From: an uncultured Bacilli bacterium
GTDB lineage: Bacteria > Bacillota_I > Bacilli_A > RF39 > UBA660
Length of the DNA: 64,000 nt
Assembly (NCBI GenBank): GCA_934086315.1
Contig: CAKOHZ010000002.1
Location: 168,464-232,463 of the forward strand
Reading direction: 5' to 3'
Shown here: in pieces, positions 1-9,091 of the stretch
How positions within the stretch are numbered: position 1 is the stretch's first letter
Layout of the letters: each line of letters begins with the position of its first letter
Notes under the pieces: model-generated
Databases searched by the model: none
The model's input: only the letters and a program-made list of their open reading frames with translations
What the model was told of the DNA's origin: nothing
Made by a program: the position numbers and the translations under genes

Positions 1-447
1 ATTACAATCTTGTAATTTAAATATTTGATAAGAGTCGGAGTTAAAAGCAACAAATCCAAGTTTTCTATCAATACTACTATTTTGAGAACGAGCAGCAAAA
101 CTATCTATGAAATTATTACTTGCTTCTTTTGCAGCATCTAATCTTGTTTTTCCCGCACCAAGTGTTTGATTCATAGTATTTGAAATATCCATTACTATTA
201 CTACTGCTAAATCTGGATCAACAGCTCTATTTTTAGTTTGAACAGTTAAAATAATATCAAAGTAATTCTCTAATTCTGATGGATAAATATTCTTACTAAC
301 ACTTACACCATCTTCTTCATTACTATTACTTCCACCTTCTTTAACTATTTGATTGCTATTATCAGATACCGCAATTATATTAAAAAAAGGGCTAAAGCAC
401 ATTAAAAATGCAATAAGTAAGCCAAATATTTTCTTTATTTTTTTCAT
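1..447 (-). CDS. vWA (von Willebrand factor A) domain secreted/lipoprotein, partial. The 3' part runs off the window start.
   Basis: Hand translation of the reverse complement from ATG at 447-445 is open to the window edge. It reads MKKIKKIFGLLIAFLMCFSPFF (signal/anchor) then ...DLAVVIVMDISNTMNQTLGAGKTRLDAAKEASNNFIDSF, a MIDAS-like DxSxT motif and vWA-like core. It was missing from the ORF track only because it lacks a stop within the window. Confidence 0.55.
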   Translation of the reverse strand, partial: MKKIKKIFGLLIAFLMCFSPFFNIIAVSDNSNQIVKEGGSNSNEEDGVSVSKNIYPSELENYFDIILTVQTKNRAVDPDLAVVIVMDISNTMNQTLGAGKTRLDAAKEASNNFIDSFAARSQNSSIDRKLGFVAFNSDSYQIFKLQDCN

Positions 448-471
448 ATATTCCCCCTGAAAAAACAAATA

Positions 472-1092
472 TTATATTTTTTTGATTTTCTTTATTGGCC
501 AAACTTTAAATATAACTTTACCAATTATATTTTCCTTTTTGATTGTACCAATACTTTCACTACGTGAATCAGTTAATACATTTCTTTCATCACTTAGTAC
601 GAATATACTATTATCACTTACTTGCACTGGATATTTAATATCGCTTTCACCCTTTAAAAATTCTTTAACGTAATCTTCTTTTAATTCTTCACCATTAACA
701 TAAACAATTCCATCTTTATCTATATTAACAAAATCACCTTGTACTCCAATTACTCTTTTTACCAATATTTTATTTCCATAATAGAATGCAACTACATCTC
801 CAGTTTTAAAGCTATTACTTTTAATAGTTAGAACTATATCTCCATCTTCTACTAAAGGTTTCATACTTGAATCAGTTATTTCTATAACTGGCATGAATAA
901 TGTGGCTCCAACTGATGCAACTGCAACTATTATTATTAACACATATATAGTACTTCTAAGTAGTCTAGAAAAACTATGTTTATAATTTTCTCTATGTAAT
1001 TCTTTTTCTAAATTTTCAACAGTTAAATCTTTATATGTAAGTTTTTTTGTGTTTTTTTTCTTTTTTTTAAACATATATCTAAACTTATGCAT
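472..1092 (-). CDS. Type I signal peptidase, bacterial P-type (LepB/SipS-like), with a K-rich N-terminal extension and one TM helix.
   Basis: Box B SSMKP, box D VKRVIGVQGD (catalytic Lys type) and box E SDERNVLTDSR match the GDNRxxSxDSR consensus. It is translationally coupled to the upstream coiled-coil gene, whose stop overlaps its start at 1092. Confidence 0.8.
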   Translation of the reverse strand: MHKFRYMFKKKKKNTKKLTYKDLTVENLEKELHRENYKHSFSRLLRSTIYVLIIIVAVASVGATLFMPVIEITDSSMKPLVEDGDIVLTIKSNSFKTGDVVAFYYGNKILVKRVIGVQGDFVNIDKDGIVYVNGEELKEDYVKEFLKGESDIKYPVQVSDNSIFVLSDERNVLTDSRSESIGTIKKENIIGKVIFKVWPIKKIKKI

Positions 1093-1568
1093 TATTTTTT
1101 CCTTTTATTACTACCTGTTTTCTTTTTACTTTTTGAAGGATTTTTAATTGTTACCTTATTTACTTTAGAACTTGTTTTATTATTTGCTTTTAGTAAAGCT
1201 TCTTCTTTCTTTTTATATTTCTCTTCAAGTTCTATTTCTTTCTTCTTTAATTTTTCAGCTGTTTCCTTAATAAGTTTATTTCTTTGAAGTGTAGTTTCTC
1301 TTTTCAATGATGCTTCCATTTTCTTACAATTCTCTTTAAAATTTTCATAATATTGATCAACAGCCTTTTGAGCACTTTCAAATACTTCATTTAGTTTTAA
1401 TGACGCTTCAGCAATTGAACCACTTTCTTTAATTTTTATTTTTTTAGAATCTAACTCTTCCTGTACACTTTTTAGTTCCAATTCTAAATCTTCAATTCTC
1501 TTTGCTTGCTCAAGCATCAACTCTAATAGTTCTCTACGCTTAATTTTTTTTAAATCTTTACTTTCCAT
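1092..1568 (-). CDS. Coiled-coil protein with a lysine-rich C-terminal tail, function unknown.
   Basis: 158 aa, heptad-rich E/K/L composition with a KKKTGSNKRKK tail. Its stop overlaps the signal peptidase start. Confidence 0.45.
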   Translation of the reverse strand: MESKDLKKIKRRELLELMLEQAKRIEDLELELKSVQEELDSKKIKIKESGSIAEASLKLNEVFESAQKAVDQYYENFKENCKKMEASLKRETTLQRNKLIKETAEKLKKKEIELEEKYKKKEEALLKANNKTSSKVNKVTIKNPSKSKKKTGSNKRKK

Positions 1569-1720
1569 AAATCCCCCATGAAAAATTTAAAACATTACAT
1601 ACGAGAAAATATTATCTCTTTTGTAGTAATATATACTACACATTTTTAATTTTTTTGTCAACGAAATAATCTAAAAAAATTAACTTACTCTTAATTTTAT
1701 GCTAAAAATATTAAAAAAGA

Positions 1721-1753
1721 CAAAATAAAAAAGATATTTGTATAAAATATCTT
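1721..1753 (-). terminator. Rho-independent terminator after the 1761..2894 gene.
   Basis: Inverted repeat aagatattt/aaatatctt (9 bp stem, gtat loop) at 1731-1753, followed on the minus strand by TTTTATTTTG. Confidence 0.5.
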
Positions 1754-1760
1754 CTTCTTA

Positions 1761-2894
1761 TTATTGATTATTTTTTAAGTAATCTATAACTTCATTATAA
1801 ACATCCATTCTAAGTCCAGAAGTTACACTTGTTATTTCTTGAGGAATTCCTTTAATAGTACCACTAATCTTACTAACATCATAGTTTCCACCAGTGGTAC
1901 CTACTCTAAATCCATATCTTTCCCAGCTTCTTTGAGCAACTTCCTTATCATTAAATGCTTCTAATAATTTTTTACCATTATCATCAAAAGCAGCTATACA
2001 ATGGCTATTCCATATAGTTGGTGTTGGATATAAAATTCTAATTTTATCTTTTACTTGATTCCATCCATCAGGATTTGCATTAGCAAAATCTATAACACTC
2101 TTTTCATAATCGACTATCATAGGTTTAGCACCCATACCAGTTTTTAAGAACATAGAGAACAAATCAGCAGGTGTATTATTCATATATCCACTCTTTAAAT
2201 AGAATTCTTTTAATTTAGGAAGTGCTTCATTAATACTAACAGAATTTACATCTCCTCCAGCCATAATTGATAATAAAAGTCCATAATATGTAGCACCTGG
2301 TGAAGAAGTAACAGGATCTGTTGAACCAATATTTACTTGACCATAAATATTAAGACCTAGTTCATTCCATTTTTTACCCTCTAATATATAATTAATTAAT
2401 TTGTTCATATCAGTTATATAATAAACATCATTTTGAACAGTAACAATATTTTCTTTAATTAAAGCATCAGTTACTTCAGCCCAACTATAAATAACTATTG
2501 GAGTATTAAGAACTAAATCTCCAGCCACTACATAATCACGAGCTGCTTCATCTGCTTTAGGAGAAGTCTTAAAGTAATCATAATATCTTTGATCAGAGAA
2601 GAAAGCTAAATCATACTTGCTTCCATCTTTACGTACCAAACTCTCTTTAACAGTTTTACCATTACTCCAAGAATCTTGTACAAATTTAAATTTATATTTT
2701 TTAGCAAATATCTTATTTATTTCTTCATCAGCAAGTAAATCTTCTTTACCACCACCAACTGCACCATATATCTCAGTTACTGAATTAGTAAAATCTCCGT
2801 TCTTAATAAGAATAACTACTACTACAATTACAACTAATAGAACTACACCTATTATTTTTGAAATCATTCCTTCTTTTTTAAACATTTTTTTCAC
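1761..2894 (-). CDS. Membrane-anchored extracytoplasmic protein with a solute-binding-like domain, paralogous to the N-terminal domain of the 3485..5056 vWA protein.
   Basis: N-terminal TM helix. Blocks shared with 3485..5056 include YDLAFFSDQRYYDYF~YDAVWMSNSVWLYML, GSTDPVTSSPGATYYGLLLSIMAGG~TNTGLTAYLGFLNSLAGSP and KIRILYPTPTIW~TLYLLYPTDGVA. Confidence 0.5.
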   Translation of the reverse strand: MKKMFKKEGMISKIIGVVLLVVIVVVVILIKNGDFTNSVTEIYGAVGGGKEDLLADEEINKIFAKKYKFKFVQDSWSNGKTVKESLVRKDGSKYDLAFFSDQRYYDYFKTSPKADEAARDYVVAGDLVLNTPIVIYSWAEVTDALIKENIVTVQNDVYYITDMNKLINYILEGKKWNELGLNIYGQVNIGSTDPVTSSPGATYYGLLLSIMAGGDVNSVSINEALPKLKEFYLKSGYMNNTPADLFSMFLKTGMGAKPMIVDYEKSVIDFANANPDGWNQVKDKIRILYPTPTIWNSHCIAAFDDNGKKLLEAFNDKEVAQRSWERYGFRVGTTGGNYDVSKISGTIKGIPQEITSVTSGLRMDVYNEVIDYLKNNQ

Positions 2895-3483
2895 TTCCTT
2901 TTAACTCATCTTCATCAATATCCAAATCAGATGTTTTTTCAAAGACCTTCATCTCAAAATCTAATTCTTGATCTTTAGATTTAACTATTTCTTCTAACAA
3001 TCTATCACATTCATGTTCTACTTCTTTAATATATACTGACATCTTAAGTATAAGTTTATTTTCAACAAATGTTTTTTCTTCTTTACTTTCTGCTTCAATA
3101 TATTTAGTAACTATTCTAGTTGTAAATGGTAAATAATAATCTAAGAAATTATATATTTTAGTAGCATTTCTAGGTCTAGTTTCTAAATGTTTTGTTATCT
3201 TTTGTGATACATTTACTATTTTAGCAAGTTTTTCTTTTATAGTTTTATCTTTTATTCTTTCTTTATAGTCATTTAGTTTTGACATCTCAAAGTTATATCT
3301 TGCAAGTGCTTCTCTATCATATACTCTTATATCTTGCGATTTAAATAAGAATATACCAGCTATATATATAACTGCCGTAAGTATTAACGCAATCCATAAA
3401 TAGAAATCTAAGACTACATATAATATTATAAATGCTATTCCAGAAGTCAAAGCTGATAATAAATATCTTTTTTGTATATTCAT
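2878..3483 (-). CDS. Small membrane protein with two N-terminal TM helices and a cytoplasmic coiled-coil domain. Its architecture is XpaC-like, but this is unverified.
   Basis: 201 aa. TM helices at about 10-30 and 30-50, then a charged helical region. It overlaps the downstream gene by 17 nt and abuts the upstream vWA gene with a 1-nt gap. Confidence 0.45.
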   Translation of the reverse strand: MNIQKRYLLSALTSGIAFIILYVVLDFYLWIALILTAVIYIAGIFLFKSQDIRVYDREALARYNFEMSKLNDYKERIKDKTIKEKLAKIVNVSQKITKHLETRPRNATKIYNFLDYYLPFTTRIVTKYIEAESKEEKTFVENKLILKMSVYIKEVEHECDRLLEEIVKSKDQELDFEMKVFEKTSDLDIDEDELKGSEKNV

Positions 3484-3484
3484 A

Positions 3485-5056
3485 TTAATTATAACTCCTT
3501 ACTTCTTTAAAAGCTCTTATTAAACTTGTTCTTCCATCAAATACTTTAGCATTAGTTAAATTAGCAATATTAGTAAGTTCAGTTTCATCACTTTGTCCAA
3601 ACATAATACTATAAACTGGAATCTTATTTTTTAAATTTTGATAATAAGTAGATAAATCATACATCTTACCAACATTTGATAAACCATCTGTCATAAGTAC
3701 AACTGACTTCGTATATTCATTACCTAATTTATTTAATTCTTTAAGTGCATCAACAGAACATCCATATATATTAGTTCCACCAGTTGGTCTAGCCCCTTTT
3801 ATTTTAGTAATTAATGCTGATGTATCATCCCCCATAGAATACCAAGTACTTCTAACATTAGTATCAAATGGTATAACTATTATATTGTCATACTTAGAAA
3901 ATTGAAGTCTTTCAGAACTTGCTTGTTCTTTATCAAGAATAAATTCCATAGCATCTTTTAATTGTTTTTCTCCAGCACCTGCCATACTACCTGAATAATC
4001 TAAGCAAAACGCAACAGCCGCAGGCTTTCTAAGTTCAGCTATATAAAGTCCAATTGCTTCATTCATAACCTTTTTAGAAGGATACTTAAGTGGTATCAAA
4101 TATTTATTTGTATCAATTCCATAAGAAGTTTTAAATACATCTTTATCAGCATTAGAATTAGTTCCACCATACCAAGTTCTCTTACCTAATTTTTCTAATT
4201 CTTTTTGAGTATTTAAACTTAATAAATATGATTGTAATTTATTAAAATTTTCTAACTTATCTTGTCCTCTATCTACATATGCAAATGGACTATCATTAAT
4301 AGCAACACCATCAGTAGGATATAATAAATACAATGTATCTTCACCCTTACTTTCAAGTTGCTTATTAATTCTAATTAATGATGATTCAGTCGCAATAACT
4401 GCTTCATAATCAGTACTATTTAAAAACATATCTTCTAAGAATGAAGTACTTCCTGATACCCTTTCTACACCACTAAATAATGACTTTAAATTAGATATTA
4501 ATTCTTGATTATCAAGCATTTCACTAGTTAATATTTCTGGACTACCTGCAAGTGAATTTAAAAATCCTAAATAAGCTGTAAGACCAGTATTAGTTTTAGT
4601 AACAGAATTCATTACATATTTAAGTTTATTACTCTTAACAGCATTTAAAATGTCACTATTCTTTATTTCATTATTAACAAAGCCAAGTTCCTTTGCCTTC
4701 TTACTTTTAACTCCCATAACTACAGGATTAATACTAATAGACTTTGAATTAGTAACTTTAACATTATTTAACATATATAGCCAAACAGAATTACTCATCC
4801 ATACAGCATCATATTGATTGTTATCTTCTTCTAACATATCTAATGCTTCCAAATCATCAGCATAATCAACACTAACATTTATATGTTCTTTTTTAGCATA
4901 ACTAGTAAGTTCATCCATAAAATCTTTATTATCTGGATTAGACAAAATATAAAAACTTCTCTTACCACCTACCTTATATTCATCAATCACATATGACTTA
5001 ACACATATAAATACAAATATAAGTGCAACTACTAACAATAATATTTTTTCTTTCAT
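3485..5056 (-). CDS. vWA-domain protein with N-terminal TM anchor and solute-binding-like domain.
   Basis: C-terminal ...AVAFCLDYSGSMAGAGEKQLKDAMEFIL is a DxSGSM MIDAS motif, followed by ...VVLMTDGLSN. The N-terminal domain is paralogous to 1761..2894. Confidence 0.65.
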   Translation of the reverse strand: MKEKILLLVVALIFVFICVKSYVIDEYKVGGKRSFYILSNPDNKDFMDELTSYAKKEHINVSVDYADDLEALDMLEEDNNQYDAVWMSNSVWLYMLNNVKVTNSKSISINPVVMGVKSKKAKELGFVNNEIKNSDILNAVKSNKLKYVMNSVTKTNTGLTAYLGFLNSLAGSPEILTSEMLDNQELISNLKSLFSGVERVSGSTSFLEDMFLNSTDYEAVIATESSLIRINKQLESKGEDTLYLLYPTDGVAINDSPFAYVDRGQDKLENFNKLQSYLLSLNTQKELEKLGKRTWYGGTNSNADKDVFKTSYGIDTNKYLIPLKYPSKKVMNEAIGLYIAELRKPAAVAFCLDYSGSMAGAGEKQLKDAMEFILDKEQASSERLQFSKYDNIIVIPFDTNVRSTWYSMGDDTSALITKIKGARPTGGTNIYGCSVDALKELNKLGNEYTKSVVLMTDGLSNVGKMYDLSTYYQNLKNKIPVYSIMFGQSDETELTNIANLTNAKVFDGRTSLIRAFKEVRSYN

Positions 5057-5111
5057 AACTTCAACACCTTATCTTCATAAATAGTATATCATAATAATTT
5101 TTATAAGTAAA

Positions 5112-5732
5112 TTATAGAACTTCGGGTTGCAAAATATTTGTGAAAAAATCATAATACATTTTATATGATTTTTTGCCATCTTTATATTTAAATACTACAC
5201 TATAGTAATCAGTTTCTTTTACATAAGGATAAATATCCACTCCAAATTTACCTTTATATACTAATTCATTAACCTTATCAGATGTAATACCTATTCTTCT
5301 CACTTCTACTTCATCAATAACTATATTTTTCTTTTTAAAGTATTTAGTTTCACGATTACAAGTATCACTAATAAATTTATTTTTATAACACTTATACACT
5401 TCAAGATTTAATATTAAACTATTAGTATTTTCTGTATCTATAAGTACATATCTATCATTAGTATATTTATTATTTTTATCATACGTTGAAAAACTAAATC
5501 CATCTTTACTAACTTTAAGAATGCCTGGTATTAAATTATATATTCTATTTATATCAGTCTGCCCATGAATAGTTTCATCATTAAGAGTTACTTTAAAATA
5601 TAAATCTTGCTTTTCTCTTAAACTTGAATCTATAACTATAACACCATTTTTAATTCTATTAATTACTATTCCTAAAACAAAAATTACAATTATAATTATC
5701 AAAATTTTTTTATTAAATTTCTTCGTCATCAC
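5112..5732 (-). CDS. Membrane-anchored hypothetical protein, tandem paralog of 5713..6378.
   Basis: N-terminal TM helix. It shares the motif VYKCY...C(N/D)R(E/N)T(K/V)(Y/T) with its neighbour. Confidence 0.4.
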   Translation of the reverse strand: MMTKKFNKKILIIIIVIFVLGIVINRIKNGVIVIDSSLREKQDLYFKVTLNDETIHGQTDINRIYNLIPGILKVSKDGFSFSTYDKNNKYTNDRYVLIDTENTNSLILNLEVYKCYKNKFISDTCNRETKYFKKKNIVIDEVEVRRIGITSDKVNELVYKGKFGVDIYPYVKETDYYSVVFKYKDGKKSYKMYYDFFTNILQPEVL

Positions 5733-6378
5733 TTACCTCTAAATAAAACCATACAGTAGTTCTAGTAAACCATTTTTTATTATATATAGTTATTGTATAT
5801 TTTCCTTTTTCATTTATATACTCACCTATGTCACTTATAAGTTTTCCATCATATAAAACTTCATCTTCAGGATATAACTCTTTAACAATCTTAATTTTGT
5901 TTTTTACATCTACTTCTTCATATGTAACAGTATTACGATCACATTCCTCATTAACAGGTACACCAGCATAATTACTATAGCATTTATAAACTATAACTTT
6001 TAATTTACTATTATTATTTGTCTTTAATTTTATTACTTCTTCACTACCAACAGCATCTGAACTACCATCAACAATGTTAATCAAGAAAGGTACTAAAGGA
6101 AAACTAAAATCTTTACTAATTATATGTCCAACTTTTATAGAATCATCTATAAAAATATTATATCTTTCTTTTAATTCTATACTTTTTATATGAAATAATC
6201 TAAATCCAAATAAATCAGGATTCTCTCCTGGTAAAACACCTATAATGGTTTGAAAAGTTATCGCAAGAAATAAATATATTATTAAAATAAAAAGTACTTT
6301 TTTGTTTCTTTTTTTTATGTCTTCCTCTAAAGATTTATTTAATTCTTTTAGAGCTTCTTTTTGTGCTTTCTCATCCAT
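5713..6378 (-). CDS. Membrane-anchored hypothetical protein, tandem paralog of 5112..5732.
   Basis: Cytoplasmic charged N-terminus, one TM helix and a shared Cys-containing motif. It overlaps the neighbour by 20 nt. Confidence 0.4.
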   Translation of the reverse strand: MDEKAQKEALKELNKSLEEDIKKRNKKVLFILIIYLFLAITFQTIIGVLPGENPDLFGFRLFHIKSIELKERYNIFIDDSIKVGHIISKDFSFPLVPFLINIVDGSSDAVGSEEVIKLKTNNNSKLKVIVYKCYSNYAGVPVNEECDRNTVTYEEVDVKNKIKIVKELYPEDEVLYDGKLISDIGEYINEKGKYTITIYNKKWFTRTTVWFYLEVSDDEEI

Positions 6379-6436
6379 AATCTTCCTACCTTAAATTAAT
6401 TTTATCATAAAAAAAAGATTATTGAATATCAATAAT

Positions 6437-7732
6437 CTAAAATTTCATATTTTTCATTTGTTTCATCATTTGTTTCATTTGATCAAATTGTTTTAGTAAA
6501 CGATTTACGTCTTCTACTTTTTGTCCACAACCTTTAGCTATTCTTACTTTTCTATCAGCTTTAATTATTTCTGGATTACGTCTTTCTTCCGGTGTCATTG
6601 AAAGAACTATAGCTTCAGTTCTAGCCATTATTTTAGGATCTATATTTACTTTATTAAGTCCCATTTTAGATGCTCCTGGAAGTAACTTTAATAAGTTTTC
6701 AAGTGGACCTAACTTCTTAATTTGTTTAGTTGTTTTTAAGAAATCTTCAAGATCAAATTTACCTCTTTGCATTTTTTTAGCAGTACTCATCATTTCATCT
6801 TGATCAAGTTCAGCTTCAGTCTTCTCTATTATTGAAAGTAAGTCTCCCATACCAAGAATTCTATCAGCTATACGTTCAGGATAAAATTCACTTATACCAT
6901 CTAATTTTTCAGAGTCTCCAATTAATTTAATTGGTATATTAGTAAGATGTCTAAGTGATAAAGCAACACCACCTTTAGTGTCTCCATCCATCTTAGTAAG
7001 AACACAACCAGTAAGTTTAAGTTTCTCATTAAATCCAGTAATTACATTAATAGCATCTTGTCCCATCATAGCATCTATTACAAGTAACTCTTCATTTGGT
7101 TTAACTTCGCTTTCTATATTAACAAGTTCATCCATTAACTCTTCATCTATTTGAAGACGTCCAGCTGTATCTATTAATATATAATCGTATCCTTTACTTT
7201 TAGCATACTCTATACCACGTTTAGATATTTCAACAGGATTTTCTTTTCCTTCTTCATAAACTTCTATATTAAGTTGTTTTCCAATATCTTTAAGTTGATC
7301 TATCGCAGCAGGTCTATAAACATCACATGCGATAAACATAGGTTTCTTATGATGTTTCTTACGTACCATATTACCTATCTTACCTATAGTAGTAGTTTTA
7401 CCTCCACCTTGAAGACCAACAACCATAACTATAGTTGGATTCTTATTTACTTCTAAAGGAGCACTATCTCCTCCAAGAAGATTAACAAGTTCATCTTTTA
7501 AGATCTTAACAAACATATCTCCTGGTTTAATACTTTTTCTTACTTCTTCACCAAGAGCTTTCTCTTTAACACTATCTATAAATTCACGAACTATTTTAAC
7601 ATTAACATCAGCTTCTAATAAACAAAGTCTAATCTCACGAGTTATATCACTAATATTATCTTCATTTATTACACCTTTAGATTTAATATTACTAACTACT
7701 TTTTGTAATCTTTCACTCAAGTTTTCAAACAT
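6437..7732 (-). CDS. ffh: Signal recognition particle protein Ffh (SRP54 GTPase).
   Basis: N domain, G domain (GLQGGGKTTT P-loop, DTAGR, TKMDGD) and Met-rich M domain (QMKQMMKQMKNM). It is not followed by rpsP as in most Firmicutes. Confidence 0.92.
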   Translation of the reverse strand: MFENLSERLQKVVSNIKSKGVINEDNISDITREIRLCLLEADVNVKIVREFIDSVKEKALGEEVRKSIKPGDMFVKILKDELVNLLGGDSAPLEVNKNPTIVMVVGLQGGGKTTTIGKIGNMVRKKHHKKPMFIACDVYRPAAIDQLKDIGKQLNIEVYEEGKENPVEISKRGIEYAKSKGYDYILIDTAGRLQIDEELMDELVNIESEVKPNEELLVIDAMMGQDAINVITGFNEKLKLTGCVLTKMDGDTKGGVALSLRHLTNIPIKLIGDSEKLDGISEFYPERIADRILGMGDLLSIIEKTEAELDQDEMMSTAKKMQRGKFDLEDFLKTTKQIKKLGPLENLLKLLPGASKMGLNKVNIDPKIMARTEAIVLSMTPEERRNPEIIKADRKVRIAKGCGQKVEDVNRLLKQFDQMKQMMKQMKNMKF

Positions 7733-7806
7733 AAAATCTATCCTCCTGTATAAATATTATAACAAACATTACAATCTTTATAAAGAAAAATGTGCATTTA
7801 AGCACA

Positions 7807-9090
7807 CTATTTATTTCTTTTTATAATATCATTTCTATTTTCAATAAGTTTAATAATATTATCAATTTCTTCATTACTGCTTTTATCATTAAGTTTACTT
7901 ATTAATGAACTAATATTCTCTTCAATGTCTTTTATTATTTCATTACTAACTGGATCAGAGTATTTAAGTTTATCAATTAATTTATTTTTATATTCACTAT
8001 TTAATTTTGATATATTATTAATTTTGAATATCATTTCATCAATAAATTTAGTTTTATTTTTTGTATTAGTATCTAGTTCCATACTTCTCTTGTTAACAGT
8101 TATTAAAGTAAAGCATGCGATAATGAACATTATATCTACAATAACTGAATACATTAAAACATTATTACTTGACATATGACTAACATTATTAAATTTGTAT
8201 ATAACAATATAAATAATTATCAAATAAGCAAATGTTGCGATGTATAAAGGAGTACTAGTAAACTTTTCATTATCTGTTTTATCTTTAACAACAATAATTG
8301 CAATTGCTGTTAATACAAATGATATTATACTTGAGATTAGACAAGCTGTATAATTATCTTTTTCATTAATTGTTGCTGTAAATTTAGTAAACATATTTAT
8401 ACTTGTAACAGTATCAGGAATATAAATATTATTTAGTGATGGAATTATATCAAAGTTAACAGCTGTTACTTTCATACCATTAACAGTTGTTGGAATAATT
8501 ATGTTACTATCATTACCTGTGTATTTTACTATTTCAATCTTGTCATTTTTAACATTATATTCAAATGGAAATTCAATATAATTAAAATCAACAGTATCTG
8601 AATCATTTAATATATTAACATTTAGTTCATTATTATTTTTAAGTTCTTCACAATATTTACCTTTATAACAATTAATAGTAATATTTTTAAAATTCTTTAC
8701 TGGTAAATAGTTTATGTTATCTGAAATATATATATTTTTAACTTTATCATTTTTAAATGAATCACTTATTGATGCTATTTTAGTACCTTCATAATCATAT
8801 GGAATAACTAATGTTTCACTTATTCCTTTATATTCTGTTATTTCTAATGTATCATTAACTTTGTTATATGAAAAGCTTTCTATATTTTTTATATATTTAT
8901 CTTTTTCACTATCAGCTATTTTTTCACAGCTAACTCCATTAACTCCACTAGCATCAACATATCCAGTAACGTAATTATTATTATTATATTTAAATTTTAA
9001 ATTATATGATGGCTTTGTTTTAGTAAGTGAGAATATTAGACTTAATGTTATTACAAATGAAATTGCTATAAAAATTATTTTTTTCTTCAT
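7807..9090 (-). CDS. Membrane protein with an extracellular BspA-type leucine-rich-repeat domain (LRR_5-like), 3-4 TM helices and a cytoplasmic coiled-coil tail. It is the last gene of the TIR operon.
   Basis: LRR_5-like blocks read IEITEYKGISETLVIPYDYEGTKIASISDSF, IYISDNINYLPVKNFKNITIN and IEIVKYTGNDSNIIIPTTVNGMKVTAVNF. The track 'M1' is a GTG. ATG at 9090 sits 1 nt after the upstream stop, with AGGTGA 5 nt before it. Confidence 0.55.
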   Translation of the reverse strand: MKKKIIFIAISFVITLSLIFSLTKTKPSYNLKFKYNNNNYVTGYVDASGVNGVSCEKIADSEKDKYIKNIESFSYNKVNDTLEITEYKGISETLVIPYDYEGTKIASISDSFKNDKVKNIYISDNINYLPVKNFKNITINCYKGKYCEELKNNNELNVNILNDSDTVDFNYIEFPFEYNVKNDKIEIVKYTGNDSNIIIPTTVNGMKVTAVNFDIIPSLNNIYIPDTVTSINMFTKFTATINEKDNYTACLISSIISFVLTAIAIIVVKDKTDNEKFTSTPLYIATFAYLIIIYIVIYKFNNVSHMSSNNVLMYSVIVDIMFIIACFTLITVNKRSMELDTNTKNKTKFIDEMIFKINNISKLNSEYKNKLIDKLKYSDPVSNEIIKDIEENISSLISKLNDKSSNEEIDNIIKLIENRNDIIKRNK

Positions 9091-9091
9091 A

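Noticed and set aside
472-1092. Considered whether the signal peptidase is the ER-type SipW that would process the TasA-like proteins at 21.6-24.5 kb.
   Set aside because: Box D carries Lys (VKRVIGVQGD) and box E is the bacterial GDNR...DSR type, so it is a P-type (LepB/SipS) enzyme. It is not the Ser-His ER-type SipW. Any SipW must be encoded outside this window.
1092-1568. Considered whether the K-rich coiled-coil protein upstream of the signal peptidase is DivIVA, GpsB or PspA.
   Set aside because: It lacks the DivIVA/GpsB N-terminal lipid-binding motif and is shorter than PspA. Only a generic coiled coil with a basic tail can be supported.
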